A stretch of DNA of 33,308 nt from Acidimicrobiia bacterium (GTDB lineage Bacteria; Actinomycetota; Acidimicrobiia; Spongiisociales; JAHEDJ01). Shown one piece after another: positions 8,942-18,506 of this stretch. Numbering within the stretch: position 1 is the stretch's first letter; the number at the start of each line of letters is the position of its first letter. The DNA is taken from positions 1 to 33,308 of the forward strand of contig JARGFH010000041.1 of the NCBI GenBank assembly GCA_029210695.1. The letters run 5' to 3'. The position numbers and the translations under genes are program-made. Under the pieces are notes generated by a model, which had not been told where the DNA came from, ran no database searches, and saw only the letters and a program-made list of their open reading frames with translations.

Positions 8942-10627
8942 ATGACGAGTCCGCCTAGCGATACCGCCAGATCAGCAAAGACCCCGTTCGCCGACTGCGC
9001 GGGTATCGCAGCATTTGCCATTGTCGGGGTCCTATGGGTCATCTTCGCAGCTGAGGAACCCCTGCACATCGATGAACTCCGCCAAACGAGGGCGTATGCG
9101 GGTGGACCCGAGCAGTGGGTCGGAACCTCGTGGGGGATGAATCAACCGCCCCTGGAGATCACGCTTGGCGCTATCTGGCGACGCCTCTTCGGTGCTAGCG
9201 ATTATGCGGAGCGGCTCTTCCCGGTCATCGTCGGATTGCTGTCTCTCATCCTTCTCGCCCGTCTCGCCATTCGGTTCTCAGGCAAGAAGCTGGCCGCGCC
9301 GATTGCGATTCTCGCCTACGGACTCTCGCCCCTGGTCTTCCGAACGACGGCGCTCATGAGGCCCTATGCCATTCCCACATTCTTCAGCCTGTTGTTCCTC
9401 ACAACGCTCATCGATCTGCGGGACCGGGGACCGTCCAGGCTCCGGATCACCTCCGCGGTGGTCGGCGGGGCCGGACTGCTCCTCAGTCACGCCCTCATTC
9501 CGGTCTTGGTCGCCGGCGTGGCTGTATTGGGCCTCTTTGCGATGAAGGCCCGCAAACAACCGGATTCAAGTGGGGCGGCGCTGGCCCGTCGCATCGCCCT
9601 CGGTGTGACGCTGCTGGGATTGCTCATGCCGATCGCCCTTCGATTCAAGAACCCGACCTTCTTCGAATCGCCCGTCGCCTACTCGCTCTCTGATCGCCTG
9701 GTAGACGCTGTCGAATTGACGACAACGGCAGCTCGTTCGAATTTTGGATGGGCACTCCTTCCATTGGTGCTGTCGTTGGTTTTGTTGATGATTCCATCCT
9801 TCCGACCGCAGAGAGGCGAGTTGTGGTGGTTCATCGCGCTCATTGGGATCCCGGTTGGTGTTTCCGCCGTCTTCTTCGTAACCGTTGCGCCTGGATATCC
9901 GTATCCGGATCGATACCTGCACGACATCATGCTCTCGGGAGCTATCGGGTTAGGTCTGGTCGGGTCAAGGTGGGAAACCAGGGACCGGCGGCCCTGGCAG
10001 GGCCTGGCGTTCGGCGCTATCGGACTAGCAGTGGCAGGTTCCTTTGTCACCCTTTCAATTCCTGCGTTCCAGCACGAAGTCACCACCGAACGGTTCCTCG
10101 ACTGGGCTGAAGGGACGGACCTGATCATGGAGCACCTTGATTCAGATGTGGTGATCCTCTTCGAACCGCTGGTCCCGTTTCCCAGCTACCAATCGCTGTT
10201 CTACGGACAACCCCGATACCTTCCCGACTCGTACGTCGTCAGAATGTCTCGCCTCATAGTCGACTCTGGTCACATGCTCGGCGACGGTCCGATCGCGGTT
10301 CTGCTCGTTGGATCGCAGGCGTCGACAATCGCACCACCCGGCTGGCGAATAGAGCAGAGTGGCATTTGGCAGCTCCTCATCCCTCCCCCCGCCATCGAGA
10401 ACGATGCCGTAGCTGTACTGGAAGAACTCGAAGCAGCCATCACCGACGACCTCTACGACCTGGTCCTGCGAATGCACATAGCGATCGCCCTCGCCGAACG
10501 CGGTGATATCGAGGAGGCCTACTCGACCCTAGAAGCCATAGACCGACCGGCGGGCAACGATCCACAACAGCTATACGACCGGTACACCTCAAAGGTCCAA
10601 GAGAGGATCGCGCTTCTCCAACCATAA
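8942..10627 (+). CDS. GT-C fold polytopic membrane glycosyltransferase (GT39/PMT_2, ArnT-like)
   Basis: Many hydrophobic segments. Loop motifs LHIDE, QPPL, RLFPVIVGLL and RPYA are typical of GT39/ArnT-like proteins. Start likely ATG 8942 (ORF track 8894). Confidence 0.75.
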   Translation: MTSPPSDTARSAKTPFADCAGIAAFAIVGVLWVIFAAEEPLHIDELRQTRAYAGGPEQWVGTSWGMNQPPLEITLGAIWRRLFGASDYAERLFPVIVGLLSLILLARLAIRFSGKKLAAPIAILAYGLSPLVFRTTALMRPYAIPTFFSLLFLTTLIDLRDRGPSRLRITSAVVGGAGLLLSHALIPVLVAGVAVLGLFAMKARKQPDSSGAALARRIALGVTLLGLLMPIALRFKNPTFFESPVAYSLSDRLVDAVELTTTAARSNFGWALLPLVLSLVLLMIPSFRPQRGELWWFIALIGIPVGVSAVFFVTVAPGYPYPDRYLHDIMLSGAIGLGLVGSRWETRDRRPWQGLAFGAIGLAVAGSFVTLSIPAFQHEVTTERFLDWAEGTDLIMEHLDSDVVILFEPLVPFPSYQSLFYGQPRYLPDSYVVRMSRLIVDSGHMLGDGPIAVLLVGSQASTIAPPGWRIEQSGIWQLLIPPPAIENDAVAVLEELEAAITDDLYDLVLRMHIAIALAERGDIEEAYSTLEAIDRPAGNDPQQLYDRYTSKVQERIALLQP

Positions 10628-10726
10628 TCTGGGTCTTCATGGGGTCCATACGACCAGTCAAGTCCCGACAGACTCTGGTTTGAACGATGGACGGTATCGT
10701 ACAGCCGACCGGAAGGAACCGTCACC

Positions 10727-11095
10727 GTGCTTCGACCAATTGCGCTCATCCTCATTTCTATCTCTCTCGGCGTTGTTGCACTGCTTCTGTGGCGCGCCGC
10801 ACTTGTTGAGGTCGGTGGATTCCAGCTGGAATTCTCCACGGCCGGGAGTCAGTTGCTGAAGCTCGTCGCACGCTGGCGCTTCTGGCTCGGTGTGGTGTTG
10901 CTGTTCGGGGTGGTGCTGATCAGCCTCGAGCTATATGGCAACGAGGAACTATCGCGCATCGTTCCGCTGTACAGCATGAGCTACGTGATTATTGCATTGG
11001 TTGGCAAGTTCTACCTGAATGAGAACGTCACCGCCACGCGTTGGGTGGGTATCGCGGCGATCATGAGCGGCGTGTTTATTCTCGTACGATCCTGA
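10727..11095 (+). CDS. Small 4-TM DMT/SMR-family protein (ArnE/F-like candidate lipid-sugar flippase)
   Basis: 122 aa with four hydrophobic helices. ELSRIVPLYSMSYV and FYLNENVTATRWVGIAAIMSGV match the EamA/SMR pattern. Confidence 0.75.
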   Translation: MLRPIALILISISLGVVALLLWRAALVEVGGFQLEFSTAGSQLLKLVARWRFWLGVVLLFGVVLISLELYGNEELSRIVPLYSMSYVIIALVGKFYLNENVTATRWVGIAAIMSGVFILVRS

Positions 11096-11101
11096 CGAGG
11101 T

Positions 11102-11701
11102 TCACTCGCCGAGCACTCCCCTGAGACGAGCCACCTCAGATCGCAGCTCGTCAACCTCCAGCTGCAACTTGGCCATGTCACGCTCTGCATGTCGCCGCAA
11201 CCGGTTGTTGCTGTAGACCGCACCATCCGGAAGGTCGCGTTCAACGAAGCTGAGCGGTGAGATGATGACACCATCGCCAATCGTCACACCCGGCCCGATG
11301 ACACTCGGTCCACCGATGAAGGTATTGCTGCCGACCTTCGTGGGCGTGTACGCGATGAGGTCCTTGTTCTTCCCCGTTTCTCCCGCCAGCGCCTGCAAAT
11401 GGGTGGTGTGGCTCCATATCATCACGGACAGCCCGATTTGTGTGTTGTCGCCGATCTCCAACCCGCCCTGAGCATCGAGGATGGCTCCCTCTCCGATCCA
11501 GACGTCGGTACCACACGTGAAGCGACCCGGGTTGAGGATCTTTGCGTTCTCCCGGATGCGACAACCGGCAGGGAGGCCGAGAAACCGTGCACGCTCTCGA
11601 TCATTCATCAGAAAAGTACTGCGGTAGCGCAGAATTTCACTTCGGATGTGCTCGAGATCTTCGGACTCTTGCTCGGGGAAGTATCGGAACTCGTCGACCA
11701 T
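11102..11701 (-). CDS. Hexapeptide-repeat (left-handed beta-helix) acyltransferase with C-terminal coiled coil
   Basis: VWIGEGAILDAQGGLEIGDNTQIG and FIGGPSVIGPGVTIGDG repeats; tail LQLEVDELRSEVARLR. Confidence 0.85.
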   Translation of the reverse strand: MVDEFRYFPEQESEDLEHIRSEILRYRSTFLMNDRERARFLGLPAGCRIRENAKILNPGRFTCGTDVWIGEGAILDAQGGLEIGDNTQIGLSVMIWSHTTHLQALAGETGKNKDLIAYTPTKVGSNTFIGGPSVIGPGVTIGDGVIISPLSFVERDLPDGAVYSNNRLRRHAERDMAKLQLEVDELRSEVARLRGVLGE

Positions 11702-11707
11702 GCGCGC

Positions 11708-11716
11708 ATGCTATCA
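11708..11716 (-). promoter_or_regulatory. Putative extended -10 element for a leaderless acyltransferase transcript
   Basis: Minus strand TGATAGCAT (TGn-TANNNT), 6 nt before ATG 11701, no SD. Confidence 0.5.
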
Positions 11717-11805
11717 GGCGCTCAAGACCGACCCAACACACCAGGAACCCCGCCCGGCCCGGTAGCCACGACGGTTCCTGAACGGCGTTGGACACCGCGG
11801 CGGGG

Positions 11806-12939
11806 TCAGGCTCCCGCCGCGTCGGCCATGCAGCGAACAACCCTGTCCAGGTCCGACGACGACATCTCGTGGTACATGGGCAAGATGATGGACGTGTCGG
11901 TCAGGATCTCGGTGACAGGAAGATCGGCGTGGGGGTGACCGGCGAACGCAGGCTCCCGATGGGCAGCCATTACGCCCCGGCGTGTTGAGATCGCTCGCTC
12001 GAGCATCATCTCCATGAGACGATTCCTCGACGTGGGAAAACCTTCGCGAAGAACAACTGCGTACGATTGGAAATTCGTGGTGCCATAGGATGGGTCGGCT
12101 GGGAGTTGGAGCCCGTCGATGCCTGCCATCCCTTTCCGATACTCCTCCGCCAGCTCCCTGCGCCTTTCGATCATTGATGGGAGCTTCTCGAGTTGAACAA
12201 TCCCCACCGCAGCCTGGAGATCGGTCATCCGGAAGTTGTAGCCCATCTCGACGTACTGCTCGATTGCGACCCGAGTATTCTCGTGCCGATCGAAAGCACT
12301 CACACTCATGCCGTGCTGGCGAAGCCGCCGCATTCGGTCGGCCAGATCTTCGCTCGATGTCGTGATCATGCCGCCTTCGCCTGTGGTCAGGATCTTTCTC
12401 GGGTGGAACGAGAACACCACCACATCTGAGTGAGAACCGATCGCGATCCCCCCATACGTGGAACCTATCGCACAAGCTGCATCTTCGATCACCGTCAGGT
12501 TTCGTTCGTGACACAATGCGGCGATCTCGTCGAGCTCCGCCGGCATGCCGACCTGATGGACCACGATGACCGCCCGGGTCGCCGGAGTGATGACGGCTTC
12601 AATTGTATCGGCGGTGAGGTTCTGCGTGACGGGGTCGACGTCCGCGAAGACCGGTGTGGCGCCAACGTAGCGAGGAGCGTTGGCGGTGGCGATGAACGAC
12701 AAGGAGGGGACCACGACCTCGTCGCCCGGACCGATTCCGAGGGCGTGAAGTGCGAGGTGCAATCCCGTCGTGCATGATGACACGGCAACTCCATGAGCTG
12801 CTCCAACTTGCCCGGCCAGCGCCTTTTCGAATTCCGCAACCCGGGGACCCTGTGCAACCCAGCCGGATCGGATCGTCTCTTCCGCGGCGGCCACCTCACC
12901 GTCGCCGAGCCACGGTTTCATGACGGGGATCAAATCCAA
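11806..12939 (-). CDS. DegT/DnrJ/EryC1/StrS PLP-dependent sugar aminotransferase (perosamine synthase-like)
   Basis: SGWVAQGPRV, SSCTTGLHLAL, IEDAACAIG and SFHPRKILTTGEGG (PLP lysine), GYNFRMTD. Confidence 0.92.
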   Translation of the reverse strand: MDLIPVMKPWLGDGEVAAAEETIRSGWVAQGPRVAEFEKALAGQVGAAHGVAVSSCTTGLHLALHALGIGPGDEVVVPSLSFIATANAPRYVGATPVFADVDPVTQNLTADTIEAVITPATRAVIVVHQVGMPAELDEIAALCHERNLTVIEDAACAIGSTYGGIAIGSHSDVVVFSFHPRKILTTGEGGMITTSSEDLADRMRRLRQHGMSVSAFDRHENTRVAIEQYVEMGYNFRMTDLQAAVGIVQLEKLPSMIERRRELAEEYRKGMAGIDGLQLPADPSYGTTNFQSYAVVLREGFPTSRNRLMEMMLERAISTRRGVMAAHREPAFAGHPHADLPVTEILTDTSIILPMYHEMSSSDLDRVVRCMADAAGA

Positions 12940-13919
12940 TTCCGCTCCACTTCTGCCGACAGCAACTCCTCGACGTCCTGGTCGGCGAAAAACTCAATAG
13001 TTCGCCTCAGGCCGTCCGCGAGGTCGGTAGACAACTCGAAAGGCACGATTGAAGACACCTTGGTCACGTCTGCTCGTAACTTGGGTAGGTCGCCGGGGCG
13101 CTCCTCGCCGTGAATCACCTCGCTCGCCGACCCGGTGGCCGTCAGGATCATGGCCGCCAACTCGGCGACCGAAGTGTCGCGCCCGCTCCCGATATTGACG
13201 ACATCTCCGATCAGTTCGTCGACTCCGGCGAGTTGCATCAGCCAGCGGGCCGTGTCCTCCACGTACATGAAATCGCGCGTCTGCCGTCCGTCGCCGTGGA
13301 TGAGCAGCGGACGATTGGCCAACGCACGCAGGATGAATTTCGGAATCACCTCACCAGAATCGCCTTCGAAATGAGAACGCGGGCCGAAGTTGTTGAATGG
13401 ACGAATCACCCGCGTGTCCATCCCGTAGGTCCGATGGTATGCCTGTGCAATGAGTTCTCCTGCGAGCTTTCCAGCCCCGTACACGGTGGTGGGTGCAGGC
13501 ACGATCGACTCCGAGAACAGCCCCGATTCGGGCAGGCCGTACACCTCCGACGACGACACGTATACGAATCGCCCCTGATCACCGGTCCGCATCGCTTCGA
13601 GCGCAGCCAGCGTGCCGTTGGCATTGACGCGGAGATTCTCCGCAGGATGCGCGATCGATGCACGCACGTTCCGCACCGCCAGATGGAATACCAGATCCGC
13701 GGTCGACAACTGAGCTGCCACTGCCTCGGCACAGATGTCGCCCTCGATGAAGTGAATTGAATCCAGCACCGGACGAAGATTGTCCAGGCTCCCCGTCGAG
13801 AGATCGTCGATCACGATACACGCGGCCGGACCCGCCTCAACGATGCGCTCCACCAGATGAGAACCGATGAACCCAGCGCCGCCCGTCACAGCGATGGTGA
13901 GCCCGCCGACCTCACTCAT
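12930..13919 (-). CDS. NAD-dependent nucleotide-sugar epimerase/dehydratase (extended SDR)
   Basis: TGGAGFIGSH, SSSEVYG, YGAGK (YxxxK), RPFNNFGP, GDGRQTRDF. Confidence 0.92.
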   Translation of the reverse strand: MSEVGGLTIAVTGGAGFIGSHLVERIVEAGPAACIVIDDLSTGSLDNLRPVLDSIHFIEGDICAEAVAAQLSTADLVFHLAVRNVRASIAHPAENLRVNANGTLAALEAMRTGDQGRFVYVSSSEVYGLPESGLFSESIVPAPTTVYGAGKLAGELIAQAYHRTYGMDTRVIRPFNNFGPRSHFEGDSGEVIPKFILRALANRPLLIHGDGRQTRDFMYVEDTARWLMQLAGVDELIGDVVNIGSGRDTSVAELAAMILTATGSASEVIHGEERPGDLPKLRADVTKVSSIVPFELSTDLADGLRRTIEFFADQDVEELLSAEVERNWI

Positions 13920-15033
13920 CAGTCGCTCGCTCGACCGCAGAAAGCAGCGTCTCCGCTACGTAGACGATCTGTTCGTCGGTGAGTTCCGCATACATCGGGA
14001 GCGAGAGCAACGAGGATGCGCTCTCCTCCGCCATGGGGAAATCTCCCATTGCATGTCCCATGGATGCATATGCCTGCTGAAGATGAACCGGCACCGGGTA
14101 ATGCAAGCCCACGCTGATCCCGGCCGCTTGCATCAGTTCCGTCACCCGGTCCCTATTCGGTACGTGTACCACGAAGAGGTGATACACCGAATACGCCCAT
14201 TCCGCATCCACCGGTAGCTGTATACCATCCCCGTCGCTCAGCAACCGGCTGTACCGGTCGGCCACTGCTCGCCGTTGCTCAGTCCAGCGGGCGAGGTGTG
14301 GCAGTTTGACGTTGAGCGTGGCGCCGACGATCTCGTGCATCCTGCTGTTGAATCCGATGCGCGAACTGTGGTACTTCTTCGTCTGGCCGTGATCACGCAA
14401 CTCGACCATTGCCTCCGCCAGCGCGCTGTCGTTGGTGAGTATCGCCCCTCCCTCACCTGGGGCTCCCAGGTTCTTTCCCGGATAGAACGAGAACCCTGCC
14501 AATCGTCCAATACTGCCCACCGACCGATCCTTGTACCTGGCGAGGTGCGCTTGGGCGGCGTCTTCCATCACCCAGCGATCCATGCGGTCGGCCGCCTCGT
14601 GAAGCGGGTCGAGGTCGCACGGCTGACCGTAGAGGTGCACTCCGATCACTCCCTTGACCTTGGGATCCTCGAGCGCCGCAATCGCCCGGCCAACGTCGAT
14701 GTTCTTGGTGACGGGGTCGCAATCGACGAAACGGGGTGTGGCGCCGGTGTGGCTCACGGCTTCCGCGGTGGCGATGAACGTGTTGGCCGGCACCACGACT
14801 TCGTCTCCAGGTCCTACACCGAGTCCGAGCAAGCCAAGGTAGAGAGCATCGGTTCCCGAGCTCACGGCGACGCAGTGAGCGGTTTCGTGAGCCTCGGCAA
14901 ATGACGACTCGAAGGCCTTGACCTCGCGGCTGCCCACGAAGCGGGTCGCGTCGTAGACCTCTTCCCAGGCGGCCAGAATCTCGCTCCGCAAAGGACGGTG
15001 TTGCGCCCCCAGGTCGAGAAATGGGACGTTCAT
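13912..15033 (-). CDS. DegT-family sugar aminotransferase (WbpE/WlbC/FdtB-like)
   Basis: Start MNVPFLDL at ATG 15033 (ATGA overlap with upstream stop). VHLYGQP, EDAAQAH, SFYPGKNLGAPGEGG, HYPVPVH. Confidence 0.92.
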   Translation of the reverse strand: MNVPFLDLGAQHRPLRSEILAAWEEVYDATRFVGSREVKAFESSFAEAHETAHCVAVSSGTDALYLGLLGLGVGPGDEVVVPANTFIATAEAVSHTGATPRFVDCDPVTKNIDVGRAIAALEDPKVKGVIGVHLYGQPCDLDPLHEAADRMDRWVMEDAAQAHLARYKDRSVGSIGRLAGFSFYPGKNLGAPGEGGAILTNDSALAEAMVELRDHGQTKKYHSSRIGFNSRMHEIVGATLNVKLPHLARWTEQRRAVADRYSRLLSDGDGIQLPVDAEWAYSVYHLFVVHVPNRDRVTELMQAAGISVGLHYPVPVHLQQAYASMGHAMGDFPMAEESASSLLSLPMYAELTDEQIVYVAETLLSAVERATDE

Positions 15034-15557
15034 GATGCTCCTTCCATGTCCGGCGCGGCTCCGACGACCCGGCCGGGCACACCTACTACCAGTGCACCGT
15101 CTGGAACGTCGTGGGTAACGATGGCCCCGGCACCCACCATTGCCCCCTCGCCGATGGTCACTCCAGCCAGGATGATGGCCCCCGATCCGATCGATGCGCG
15201 CTTCTTGACGACGGTCGGCTCCAAGGTCCAATCATCTGACCCCTGCGGAGTGCCATCAGGGCGGGTGGCCCGAGGGGTTTTGTCGTTGGTGAACATCACA
15301 CCGTGGCCGATGAAACACTCATCCTCGATCGTGACGCCTTCGCAAACGAACGTGTGGCTCGAGATCTTGCAGGCCCTGCCGATCACTGCGCCCCGTTGCA
15401 CTTCGACGAAGGCTCCGATCGTGGTGTCCTCGCCGATACGGCAACCGTATAGATTGACGAATGAGGAAACTCGTGCTCCGTCACCAAGCTCCACATCTGG
15501 AGAGATGACCTGGTTTTCTGCTCTGAACGCCGGACGTCCGCTGGTCATGGCAGTCAC
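15030..15557 (-). CDS. Hexapeptide-repeat sugar N-acetyltransferase (WbpD/WlbB/FdtC-like)
   Basis: VNLYGCRIG, IGAFVEVQ, CKISSHTFVCEGV, MFTND, ASIGSGA, GVPGR. GTG 15557 overlaps the upstream stop. Confidence 0.9.
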   Translation of the reverse strand: MTAMTSGRPAFRAENQVISPDVELGDGARVSSFVNLYGCRIGEDTTIGAFVEVQRGAVIGRACKISSHTFVCEGVTIEDECFIGHGVMFTNDKTPRATRPDGTPQGSDDWTLEPTVVKKRASIGSGAIILAGVTIGEGAMVGAGAIVTHDVPDGALVVGVPGRVVGAAPDMEGAS

Positions 15558-16588
15558 GCATCCAAGTCGAGCGGAATCGTGGCCCCGCCTGCCGCCAGGC
15601 TGTCGTGAATAGCCGCGAGTACCTTCAAGACTCGTAGGCCGGCCCTGCCGTCCGTCAAAGGGGCTCTTCCCTCCCGGATTGCAGAGGCGAACTCCCCAGC
15701 AACGAGTTTCAGCGCCTCGGATTCATCCAGAACCGGGGCCACCATTTCGCCCGTGCGGTACGACACCAGGGTACGGCGTCGCGCCTGGTCGTCGAGAGGC
15801 TCGAGTTCGACACCTGTGTCAAACACGCTGATTCGCTGCGCCGGTTTCAAATCATCCCAAACGAGCATCTTCTTCGACCCACCGACGGTCGTTGTCCGGA
15901 CCTTGGTAGGGCTCAGCCAGTTCACGTGGGCATGGGCGATGGAACCGTTGGAGAGCGGCAGAGAGAAGAACCCGACGCACGGGTGCCCTACTCCAAGAGG
16001 GTCTGCACCCTGCGCAGACACACCGAGAGGTACAACATCGTCTGGAAGGATGAAGTCCAGTATCGACAAGTCGTGCGGTGCCAGATCCCAGAAGACGTCT
16101 ATGTCGGACTGAATGAGGCCGAGGTTGATCCGTACAGAGTCGAAGTACTGCAGATCACCCAGAGAGCCGCTCTTAACAAGATCCCGTATCTTTCGCACGG
16201 CCCCGGTGTAGCAGAACGTGTGATCTGTCATCAGCACCAGCCCGAGGCTCTCGGCCGTGGCCACCATCCGCTCGCCTTCTTCCACCGTCCGGGCGAGAGG
16301 TTTCTCGACAAGAACATGCTTGCCTGCCTCAAAACAAGCGGCCGCCAGAGCTGCATGAGTTCCCGCCGGTGTGGCGATTGCCACGGCCTCCACCTCGGGA
16401 TCGGCCAGCACTTCCTGAAGGTCGACCGTGGCCTTGACGCCCGCTAGAGGCCCGACGGTTCTGGCGGCCCTTTCGAGTGACAGATCGCAAACCCACCGCA
16501 CATCGGTCGAATTGTGTGCAGCGAAATTCCGCACCAGGTTTGGGCCCCAGTACCCCGCTCCGACAACGGCAACACCAACAGGCTTCAT
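15554..16588 (-). CDS. Gfo/Idh/MocA oxidoreductase (WbpB/WlbA-like sugar 3-dehydrogenase)
   Basis: GAGYWGPNLVRN, HVLVEKP, WDLAPHD. ATG 16588 is preceded by a GAGGAG SD. Confidence 0.9.
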   Translation of the reverse strand: MKPVGVAVVGAGYWGPNLVRNFAAHNSTDVRWVCDLSLERAARTVGPLAGVKATVDLQEVLADPEVEAVAIATPAGTHAALAAACFEAGKHVLVEKPLARTVEEGERMVATAESLGLVLMTDHTFCYTGAVRKIRDLVKSGSLGDLQYFDSVRINLGLIQSDIDVFWDLAPHDLSILDFILPDDVVPLGVSAQGADPLGVGHPCVGFFSLPLSNGSIAHAHVNWLSPTKVRTTTVGGSKKMLVWDDLKPAQRISVFDTGVELEPLDDQARRRTLVSYRTGEMVAPVLDESEALKLVAGEFASAIREGRAPLTDGRAGLRVLKVLAAIHDSLAAGGATIPLDLDA

Positions 16589-16702
16589 CCGACACTCCTC
16601 GAGGACACAACTGGCAGTAATGAACCCGCCGCGTGACAATTGGCAGATCCGGTGGGAGCCTAACTGATGGGAGCATGGGCCCGGCCATCAGGTCGCAGTG
16701 GT

Positions 16703-17710
16703 ATGGTCGTGGCCAGCCTCCAGAGGACGTCATTGCAGCCCAAGATCTCGGTCGTTTTGCCGGCCTACAACGAAGCCACCTCAATCGTCTCGACCCTCGA
16801 CCGGATCCTGCAAATGGCGAGGTCGCATCTATCCAGTGCGGCGGACCTGGAGGTCGTCGTCGTGAGCGACGGTTCCTCTGATGCCACCTTCGACAGAGCG
16901 GCAGAGCACCTCGCAGGCGGGAACGGCGGTTCGGTCATTCAGTTGGTTCGCAATGTCGGATCGCACTCCGCCATTCGCTGCGGGCTGGATCACGCCAAGG
17001 GCGAGATTGTCATCGTTATGGCGGCCGACGGCCAGGATCCGCCGGAGATCATCCCGGAGCTTCTGGCAGCTCTTCAACCGGGTATCGACGTCGTGTGGGG
17101 TCAGCGTGGCAGCCGGGACCACGATCCGATTCTGACCCGCCTGCTGGCCGGAACCTACTACCGGCTCTTTCGGACTCTGACCGGATTCGACTATCCGCCT
17201 TCCGGGTTTGACTTCGTGGCAATGCGCAGATTGGTCGTCGAAGCGCTGCTGAGCTATCAGGAGCGCAATACCTCGGTTTTCCTGCTGATCTTCAACCTCG
17301 GATTCAGCCAAACGAGCATCGAGTACGAGCGGGGCCAACGGCAGGACGGATCCTCCGGCTGGACATTCAGGAAGCGGGCCAAGTTGGCCGTCGACATGTT
17401 GACGGCGTTCTCGGCGGCGCCGATCCGGCTCCTATCACTCACCGGAGTCATCGTTGGAGCCTTTGGCCTCATATTCGGCGGTATCACAATGGTGCGCGGC
17501 CTACTCGGTCAGATTCCGATCTCAGGCTGGGCTTCGCTGATGGTCATCTCATCGCTGATGAGCGGCCTCATGCTCATGGCGCTCGGGTTCCTCGGCGAAT
17601 ACGTATGGAGAACACTGGACGAGGTTCGAGGCCGCCCTCTCTACCTGGAAGGACGCCGTGCCGAGCTCCGACCCGCGCACGCCCCCGGCTCTGAGAACGA
17701 GCCCCGTTGA
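16703..17710 (+). CDS. GT2 polyprenol-phosphate glycosyltransferase (GtrB/ArnC/DPM1-like) with two C-terminal TM helices
   Basis: VVLPAYNE, SDGSSD, RNVGSH, ADGQDPPE, R...G.SGW and LGFLGEYVWRTLDEVRGRPLY. Start uncertain (16667/16703/16709). Confidence 0.88.
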   Translation: MVVASLQRTSLQPKISVVLPAYNEATSIVSTLDRILQMARSHLSSAADLEVVVVSDGSSDATFDRAAEHLAGGNGGSVIQLVRNVGSHSAIRCGLDHAKGEIVIVMAADGQDPPEIIPELLAALQPGIDVVWGQRGSRDHDPILTRLLAGTYYRLFRTLTGFDYPPSGFDFVAMRRLVVEALLSYQERNTSVFLLIFNLGFSQTSIEYERGQRQDGSSGWTFRKRAKLAVDMLTAFSAAPIRLLSLTGVIVGAFGLIFGGITMVRGLLGQIPISGWASLMVISSLMSGLMLMALGFLGEYVWRTLDEVRGRPLYLEGRRAELRPAHAPGSENEPR

Positions 17711-17768
17711 CCTCACAGATCGGATCCAGGAACGGGCTCGACGCCGATCGGGGCGTCTCTGGTCCGGC

Positions 17769-18506
17769 CTAGCCCAGAGTCACCGCGTCTCGATACCTGC
17801 CAACGACAGACTCGGCCTCGCCGATACCGCGCACGGTTCCCTCGGAAAGCCACATCGCCCGGTCGCAGAACTCCGCCACCCGGGGTAATGAGTGAGACAC
17901 GAAGACGATCGTGCCCGCCCGATCGAGAAGTTCCTGCATCGACTGAAGGCTCTTGTCCTGGAACGCCTGGTCGCCGACCGCCAGGACCTCATCCAGCAAG
18001 AGTATGTCCGGCTTCATGTACATGCTGATCGAGAAGGCGAGTCGCGAGAACATGCCGGATGAATAGGTCTTGAGGGGCCGATCAATAGCATCGCGCAACC
18101 CGGCGTAGTCGACGATGTCGTCGTACAACTCGTCGATCTCGGCCTTCCTGAGACCGGCCGCCAGTGATCCCAGGTAGATGTTCCTTCTGCCCGATAGCTC
18201 GGCGTTGAACCCGACGCCCAACTGCAAGAGCGTCGAGATCTTCCCGCGGACCTCCACACTGCCCCGATCGGGTCGCAGAGTACGAGCCAGAACCCTCAGC
18301 AAGGTGCTCTTGCCGGCCCCGTTGGCTCCAATGATGCCAAACGCCTCGCCCTTGTCGATCTCGAACGACACGCCGTCGAGCGCGACCACCTCTTGCACCG
18401 CTTTGTGCTGGCGCTTGCCGATCGTTCTCCGCAGCGTCGGACTCCGGTCGAGGTACGGCCTGAACTTCACGCCAATGTCGTGAGCCTTGATCGCAGGATC
18501 GGTCAC
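17769..18506 (-). CDS. wzt: Polysaccharide ABC exporter ATP-binding subunit (Wzt/TagH/KpsT-like), 245 aa
   Basis: GTG 18506 overlaps the wzm stop. Walker A GANGAGKST, signature YSSGM, Walker B LLLDEVLAVGD, H-loop VSH. Confidence 0.93.
   Translation of the reverse strand: MTDPAIKAHDIGVKFRPYLDRSPTLRRTIGKRQHKAVQEVVALDGVSFEIDKGEAFGIIGANGAGKSTLLRVLARTLRPDRGSVEVRGKISTLLQLGVGFNAELSGRRNIYLGSLAAGLRKAEIDELYDDIVDYAGLRDAIDRPLKTYSSGMFSRLAFSISMYMKPDILLLDEVLAVGDQAFQDKSLQSMQELLDRAGTIVFVSHSLPRVAEFCDRAMWLSEGTVRGIGEAESVVGRYRDAVTLG

Noticed and set aside
15034..15231. N-terminal extensions of the aminotransferase (and likewise wzt 18507-18746)
   Set aside because: They overlap upstream genes out of frame. Coupled starts at 15033 and 18506 give typical family N-termini.
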